This document shows positions 49,636-64,000 of a stretch of DNA of 64,000 nt, one piece after another. The notes below the pieces were generated by a model that was not told the DNA's origin, did not search any database, and worked only from the letters and a program-made list of their open reading frames with translations. Position 1 is the stretch's first letter. The number at the start of each line of letters is the position of its first letter. Both the position numbers and the translations under genes were made by a program. The DNA is taken from positions 2,170,001 through 2,234,000 of the forward strand of contig MU053881.1 of the NCBI GenBank assembly GCA_013239625.1, in the 5' to 3' direction. The stretch comes from Lama guanicoe. Taxonomy: Eukaryota.

Positions 49636-50956
49636 CTGGAATTCTCTGGAGAATTCCATGCCGTCCATCATTTATCTCTAGCCTGCCTTCAGGGGTGGCT
49701 TGGAAGGGCCACGCGCACAGGAACAGAGGCCCAGCTACATGGGTGAAGCCCTCCTCAGCACGTGCGTGCAGTGGGTCCCCAGCAATAATCATCATCTCCG
49801 TCCCCCAGGTCCCCAGAGCTGCCCTTTTACGCAAGGTTGTAGAGTTTTGCTGTCTAATATGGGTCTCGTGTCTCAGCCCTGCCAGTCAACCCTCCTCTCC
49901 TGGAACCTGATTTCCTAGAGGCCTCAGCTTTTAAAGGAAAGGGTTTCCCTGACCAGGAGCTTAATCATCCTCCTTGCCAGGTCATTCAGTCATTTGACAA
50001 ACCTTTGGGGGCCTGCCCTACACATGCCCTGACGTGGAGGTGGAGTCCGTGAAGCCCCTGACCTGAGTGAGTCAGAGAGAGCCATAAGTGAGTCATTTCA
50101 GGCATGTGTAGAGGCAGAATGCCTAGGCTAGGCTGTGAGATCAGTATGGGCTTCCTGGAGGAGGTGATAGCTGAGCCAAACCCTGAAGGAAACAAGGGTG
50201 ACCTGGAGGTTTGAGAGCTGTGAGGAGCCCACAGTCATAGGCCACAGGGCCAGTGGGTGCTATCATAGGGCCAGGTCATGCTGGGCCGCCAGGTCCAACA
50301 CAAAAACATGAGGCTGGCACTGGGGGGCCCGGAAGGGGCTGGCGCAGTGGAATGTGAGCAGCGACTGGGATGGAGAGGATGTGGGGAAAGGCTGGGTGAG
50401 TTCAGCTGTTGGCAATTTCACGCCATCTCCTTAGCCACTTCTTGGGGACAGGCCCTGGCCATGGGGCCCAGGTGCCGATGAAGGTCAGATTTCGGTAGCC
50501 AGAGAATAAAAGGAGATTTCCTCCGGGGGTGGGGGGGCTCTCTCCCCCAGAGGGAGCTGCAGCTGCCTCACACACATACTCTGGGATTAGGCTAAATCCT
50601 ACAGCAGGTGGAGGGGTGGGAAGAAGGCTCCCAGTTAGGGTCCCAGAGTGTGGGAAGGGCAGGCAGTGGTGCACACCTGAGTGTGTCTGGACCTGCAAAT
50701 GAGTCTCCTCCGTCCCTTCATCCAACTCTTTACTGGCCTCAGTTCTGCCCTGGGTGGGAGTTGGCAGGGCAAGGACAGTAACCACTAAACTGGATCAAGG
50801 GCCGCAAAATAAGGGAGGTGGGCGATGCAAGAAGACTCAGAAAATGGGGGCAGTTTCCCTGGGGAGCAGGAGAGTGGGCACAACCTGAGACCTTTTGTGC
50901 CATCGAAGTCTTTGTTTCTGTCATTTCAATCACGAACACAAAATGCCTTTTTGAAA

Positions 50957-51147
50957 CATGGTTTTCAATGTCTGGTCCCAGACCAGTGGCAGCCGCATTC
51001 CCCGGGGACTTGTTAGAAATGCAGATTTCCAAGCTTAACTTCAAGCCTACCAAATACAAAATTCTGGGGTGGGACCCAGTGATCCAGGCTGCCTGCCCCC
51101 ACCAACCCTGAGGGACTCTGAAATATGTGAAAATTTTAGAACTACTG
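50957..51147. mobile_element. MER5A-like hAT fossil
   Basis: ggtcccagaccag...acttgttagaaatgcagatt...aaattttagaactactg. Confidence 0.7.
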
Positions 51148-54100
51148 CTTGAAAAACTCAAAGCAGTGCTTGCTTCCCGGGAATCACAGGTTGGGGGCAG
51201 GAGACCCTTGACAGCATCCTTCTCTACAGCAAAGAGAGCCTCTGAATAGGGGGGCTCAGTGTGAACGGGGGACCCCACCAAGGGGAGGCTGCCCCGAGAA
51301 AAGAGGTTTGAGTGAGAACTAAAGAGCGGGTGGGGCTTGGCTGGGTTAGGAGGGAAGAGGAGTGACCCCAGGAAGGAACAGCCTGTGTGAGGGACCTGCG
51401 GTGCAGGGATGGAGGCCATAGGGCTGGAGCTCAAAATGCTGGGCCCTGCACATCTGTGCTTGAGTGTCATGAATGTCCGTCCTTCGGTGGGTGTGGACAT
51501 TCCATTAACAGATGTCCCCTGCTTCATGGACACCCAGAGCCTCTCCTGGTCCTGGAAATGGCTGGGCCCCCAGGGCTCTGGGAATGAGCCCTGCAGTGGG
51601 ACAGGCAACTGGTCCCGAGCCCACTTGCCCCCTATGTAACCTCGGGCCAGCCACTTCCTCTTTCTGAGCCTCAGTGTCCCCATCTGGGCAATGGGGACAA
51701 GAATGCCTTCCTGCGAAGGGCTGCCATGAGAAGGAAATGCGATCATGGCCAGCCGGCCCTGGGGGGCATTCCCCCTTAATCCCTGTGCAGCAACAGGCGA
51801 TTTTGACTGAGCGTTGACAACCACTCCCGAGGCATGCTGTCATTCCTGTGTTTCAGGCTCAGAGAGGGTAACTTCGGTCACAGCCTCCCCCGCCCCCCCA
51901 TATACAAACACACTGTGGCCAGCGTGCCCCTCCCTCCCAGGCGCTGATTCCCTCCCAGCAGCCTCCTGCCCCTTGGCTCTAGCTTCCCAGACCCGAGTGA
52001 CTGTATATCTGTTGCTCCCAGCAGAGCCTTGACTGACACAAGTAGCCAGCAAGTGGCAGAGTCTGGAGGGGACCCAGTGCTTTCCCTACAGGCTCCCAAG
52101 GCAGCCGATATCATGGCGGCTCGGAAGCTGCTCAGAACCCAGGCAGCCCAAGGGGGTTCTGGCTCCACGTGCTGCCACGCTGCCCAGAGCAGGCTCGGGG
52201 GAGGGCAGATGGAGCAGCGAATGAGTCGCATCTGTCTCATTCTGACATGGGATGTCAGGAATGTAGAAGGGCCCCAGTGAGCACGTGCCTGCCAGGGATG
52301 CTGGCAGGGAGGAGGCACAGGCTGGGCAGCTGAGCCCCTCTTGGTCTTCAGGACCTACCAGGCAGCAGCTGCCCCTGTCGCTCTGATGGGTCTCCCTTGT
52401 GTGCAGGACCTGCCGGGAACCTGGGATCTGGGGCGGGGGTGGAGGTCAACTCAGCTTCTTCCTTAGAGCTGAGTCATCCTTGTGACCCTAGGCCCATCAC
52501 ACCCTCAGCTTCTCTACCATTAAATTGGGGAAACTAACTCTTATCTGGTAGTGGGCTTATGGTGGCCAAGTGGAAACTGCGGGCTCTTATTCGTCACCCT
52601 TGCTCCTTGTACACTGTTGTAGCCTCCGAGCCCTTTTGCTCCCCAGCTGGGCTCTGAGGGATCTGCCTCTCCTGTGATTGACTAGGCTGGTGAAGGACAC
52701 AGTCACTGGCCAGTGACCCCAGTGGGAGACTGGGGCTCCGTCAGAAAGTTTGGGGGGGTTCCAGGGACCCAGAGGGGGGCTCTTGAGTGCAGGAGGAGCA
52801 GAAGCCAAGAGCTGCTTTTGGAAGCTGCCTGTGGAGCCGCCTACAAGGGAAGGGGAGGGAAGGGGATGGAGAAGACCTTGGGTTGGGAGGGGGACACTCA
52901 GGTGCAAAGACCACACACCAGTCCTCAGGGAAACACTCAGCATCACCCATGTGAACTCTGCAGGAGGCTTTCCCCAAGCATATGCCCATCCAAGACACAT
53001 TTCATCCTAAACCCTAAGCCCTGGGAGGTAGGCAAGGCAGGAGCGCTCCACTCAAATGGGCAGAGAAGGCGATGAGAGCACTGGCCCTGGGACACTGGCT
53101 TTGGACTTTCTGGCTCCAAGTCCAGTGTTCTATCCACCCATTAGGGAATAGGGCTCCTGGGGGAAAGGAAGTGGTCAGGGATGACTCCCTGGGTTTTGGC
53201 CCCGTGCCTTCTCTAAGATGTGGGGTCCTGGAAGTGCAGTTTTGGGGGAAGATGAGCAGTTCAATTTGGGACATGGTGAATCAGAGAGGGCACATGGTGC
53301 GGGTGTGAGGAGACCCGGAGCAGGAGGAGAAGCATGGCCATGAGTGGCTGCTGTCTTGCAGGATGGCCCCCGTCCCAAATCCTCATATCCAGTCCCTTCT
53401 GACCCTGTACATACTTTCAGCCACCCCCTCAGCGAGGGGACAATCTAGGCAGCCTCCACAAAGGGTCTGTCCTGGATGGGGACTCCTATTCCAGGACAGG
53501 GCAGGAGACAGCTCCAGGCGCTGGGTCAGGTACCTCCTCCTTGTGGTTTAGGGGCTGAAGAGCAGAGTAACCGCTGGAATGGAGTTGGAGAAGGTTCCAG
53601 GCTCGGAGCCCTGGGAATCTGATCCCTCCACCCACCCTCCAGAGGGTGCTTGAGAACAGGGCCATGACGGCCTCCCCAGGGGAGGCCCAGGCAGGCAGAG
53701 ACAGCTGCAGCCCAGCCAGGCGGCAACCAGCTGCTGCCTGGGAGGCCGGCCAGGGTAGGGTGGGGCGGGGCGGGGCGGGCACAGTCCCCGCAAGCCCCCA
53801 GCCTGAGCGGCAGAGCGTGGGAGCGGGAGCGGGCAGCAGCCTCGAGGCTGAGTTTCAGGCTTTCACGCTGTGTTAACGGTCAGCTTGGTTAATGCTGAGC
53901 AGATGGGGGAGGGGTGCTGCTAGCTCCCTCAGGGATAGTCCCAGGGCAGGCACACACGTACGCATGTGCAGAGGATGCGGGAGTCCCGCCCAGTGAATGG
54001 TGTTGCGTGGACACCTCTGTCCATTAGAGCTCCTTCACACCATCACGTATACAAGATGTGCTGGTGAGACAGACAGACCAAGACAGAGGTGCACGCAGGC

Positions 54101-54245
54101 TCCTGGGGCCACCTCAGCAGCTGGAGGCAGACGGAAACCCCGGGAGCCCTCAGCCTGTGTCACCCAGGCAACACTCCCAGGTCAGGGATTGCGCCACCCT
54201 GTTCCCCCTCCATCCGCTGCAGGGAAGATACCAGGCACACAGAGG

Positions 54246-54251
54246 TTTATT
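54246..54251 (-). terminator. FGFR4 polyadenylation signal AATAAA
   Basis: TTTATT on the + strand, about 535 nt past the stop and preceded on the mRNA by a U-rich tract. Confidence 0.8.
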
Positions 54252-54786
54252 TCAAAAAAAAATAATTTATAAAAGGCCATTTGCTTCTGTGTTTTGGGCA
54301 GGCTTCCAGCCTCTCAGCTCGCACAGGGGCAAGCGCTCCTCCCACCAAGATGCTGGCACAAGCAGCAGAGGGGAGGCAGGGGAGGCAGGGGAGGCCTGGA
54401 GAAACGGGTTCAGAGACCCAAGACCTCTCCTGGTGTAGGGAAGCAGGGAGGTTTAGGGCAGCCCTGCAGCCGGGTCCAACCGAAGCCCTAGAACAAGGAC
54501 CCAGCGCCAGGGCCCAGGAGGCCAGCAGAAGCCATTAGAACCCTGGGGCCATGACTCTGAGGCAAGGGCAGGACCTTGAAACTGGGGCTGAATGCTGGTT
54601 TGAAAACCCAAGGCCAGAGCAGAAAGTTTCAACTGGGGACCCCAGGACCAAGGACGGACCTCCCCAAAGCAGAACCAGAGATCTGAGACGGGGCCCTTAG
54701 GTCAGGGCCCGGGGCTGCCAGGTTGCAGCTGAGCCAGGGGGCCCGAGGCCGCCAGCCGGCCTGCCCGTACAGGCTTGTGTCCCTGC

Positions 54787-62088
<7,302 letters not shown>

Positions 62089-62919
62089 CTCCTTCCTGCT
62101 ACTCACAGGGAGCCAGGCTGGGCTTCCCACCGACTGCCTTCCTGAAACAGAGAGAGCAAAGAACTCCTGCTAGTTGTGCACCTTGGCCGGCGAGATCCCC
62201 TCATCTTGCAGATGAGGAAACTGAGACAGGAAATGGTCGGCAGACTTGTCCAAGCCCCTGCCAGGCTGCGGCAGGGCAGAGACTAGAACCAGCTCTGCTG
62301 TAGTCAGAGCCCAAGGCCTCCCAAAGGTAGGTTGTGTGGGGGGTGGGCTGGGCTTCCTGCTCTCCTTGGGTCCTGCTGAGACCCTGGCACAAGTTCACAG
62401 AAAGGGCAGTTTTCAGATTCTTTCCTTGGAGGGAAGCAGAGAACGGAGACATATCTTCTGCTGGCTCTCAGCACACATAATTTATTTTTTGCTGAATAAA
62501 TGAATTTATTACTGAAGAGCCAGTAAAAAAAAAAATCTGAAATATAATACAAGACCAAACTCCAGCATCTGGATGTTATCTGATCTGCCCCCACTCCTGA
62601 TGGCATTGCTGACATTTCCATGACCAGCTTTGGCTACCTCCAGGGGCAGGGCGCTCACTGCTAACACGGTAGCACATTCTATGGCAAGCAAAAGTTCTTC
62701 CTCATTCTGAACCAGAATTGCATTCTGGGGATACCTCTGTGTTTTGTGCTCCCACGGCTCCATCTGAGGCATGCAAGCTCTTGTAAAGAATGTAGACTCC
62801 AGTGTCTGACAGAGCCAACTTCAAATCCTGACGCTTACCAACTTGTGAGTCCCTGTCCCTCTCTGGGCCCACTGTCCTCACAGAACTGCTTTGAGGATAA
62901 AAGAGAATGTATGGGAGCT

Positions 62920-63060
62920 GGGGGGAGGGTATGGCTCAGTGGCAGAGTCCGTGCTTAACATGCAGGAGGTCCTGGGTTCAATTCCCAGTACTAGCATTTA
63001 CAAAAATTAAAATAAATACATAAACTTAATTACCTCCCCCTATCCCAAACAAACAAAAAA
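62920..63060 (+). mobile_element. Vic-1-like SINE in FGFR4 intron 1
   Basis: ggggagggtatggctcagtggcagag...aaacttaattacctcccc. Confidence 0.82.
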
Positions 63061-64000
63061 GTGAATTTACGAAGGGACTGGGCACACAGAATGTTGGAAC
63101 GTTCTCCTCTCCCTCCCCTTCCCCATGACTGTCACCCTCGCTCTGCCCTCAGCCAGTCACCTCCGTTTCTGGTGCTGGTCCTGTCAGGTGTGATGTACGC
63201 ATGCTCCCCATCTAGTTACCATCCTCCCAATGCCACCAGTCTCTATCCCCCAAAAGGAACATTCAAAACTGAGCCTCAGCTCGGGTAGGGGAAGGTGATC
63301 TCTGGAGTCCCAGGAGAACTAACTGGCTCTCACCTGGAGCTGGGTGACAGTCAGGTGGCACTGGTGTCTCTGGACCTACCTTGCCTGGGAATCCCTCTGC
63401 ACCCTGTCCAGCTCTGGTTCCAAGGCAGGGGGCACTTAGCTTGTTCTGGCCAAAGCCATTATCTCTCCCTTCAAACTGCTCCTTCCCCGAGTTGCCCCCA
63501 CAGCTGGGGCATCACCTGTCCAGCTCCTATCCTCATCTCTCTCCCACTTTCAATCCATTCTTTAGTCCATTGCTTTAGTCCCTTTCCAGTAAGTCCTGCC
63601 TTCGCTGCCTGGTCATCTCTAGGTTGGACTTCTGCAAACATCTCCCTGGGCTCTCCAGCTGGGTATTAGAAATTACACATCTGCCATGTCGTACCCCACT
63701 CCAGCCCCTGCCCCAGCTTACAAGCCCTTAATGGCTGCCTGTGTGCAGCAGGATCCAGTCCACACTGCTCAGCCAGCATCCTAGGCCTCCATCCCTGCCC
63801 TTGTCAATCTCTTTGCCCTGACAGTCTGCTTCTTCAGCGCTGTGAAGCCTCTGGCTTTCAAGGCCAGGCATGTCTTTTCTCTTGGCTGCACCTCTGTACC
63901 TCCACTTCTCTTCTCCACCCGGCTTGGATGCCACTGTCTCTGTGCCCACTCCCGGTTTGGCCCCTCCTCTGTGAAATCCCCTCACCCTGCTCTGCTCTGC

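Noticed and set aside
50739..51824. 361-aa minus-strand ORF
   Set aside because: Runs through MIR-like and MER5A sequence, starts at a non-ATG codon and resembles no protein I know.

Overview
Mammalian genomic DNA, most likely a camelid (about 12 copies of a tRNA-derived SINE resembling camelid Vic-1). It is orthologous to the human 5q35 FGFR4-NSD1 interval, with both genes on the minus strand. 1-24.4 kb is the AT-rich, L1-dense start of NSD1 intron 2. NSD1 exon 2 lies at 24410-25347, non-coding exon 1 at about 26471-26600, and a large CpG-island promoter at about 25.7-28.7 kb. The intergenic part holds a full-length U6 retrocopy, an unidentified AT-rich mRNA-like insert, a VPS36 processed pseudogene within a triple nested insertion, and an orphan CpG island (42.5-43.1 kb). 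54.2-62.1 kb carries FGFR4 exons 2-18, which join into an intact 800-aa CDS with GT-AG introns throughout; exon 1 lies beyond the window. I see no clear-cut new system. The best leads are the NSD1 uORF/exitron start-site architecture, the orphan CpG island at the syntenic position of a LETM paralogue, a GLUE-only ORF in the VPS36 retrocopy, and several unusual retrotransposition or duplication events. Gene identities and human comparisons are from memory, not from searches; repeat family names and boundaries are approximate.
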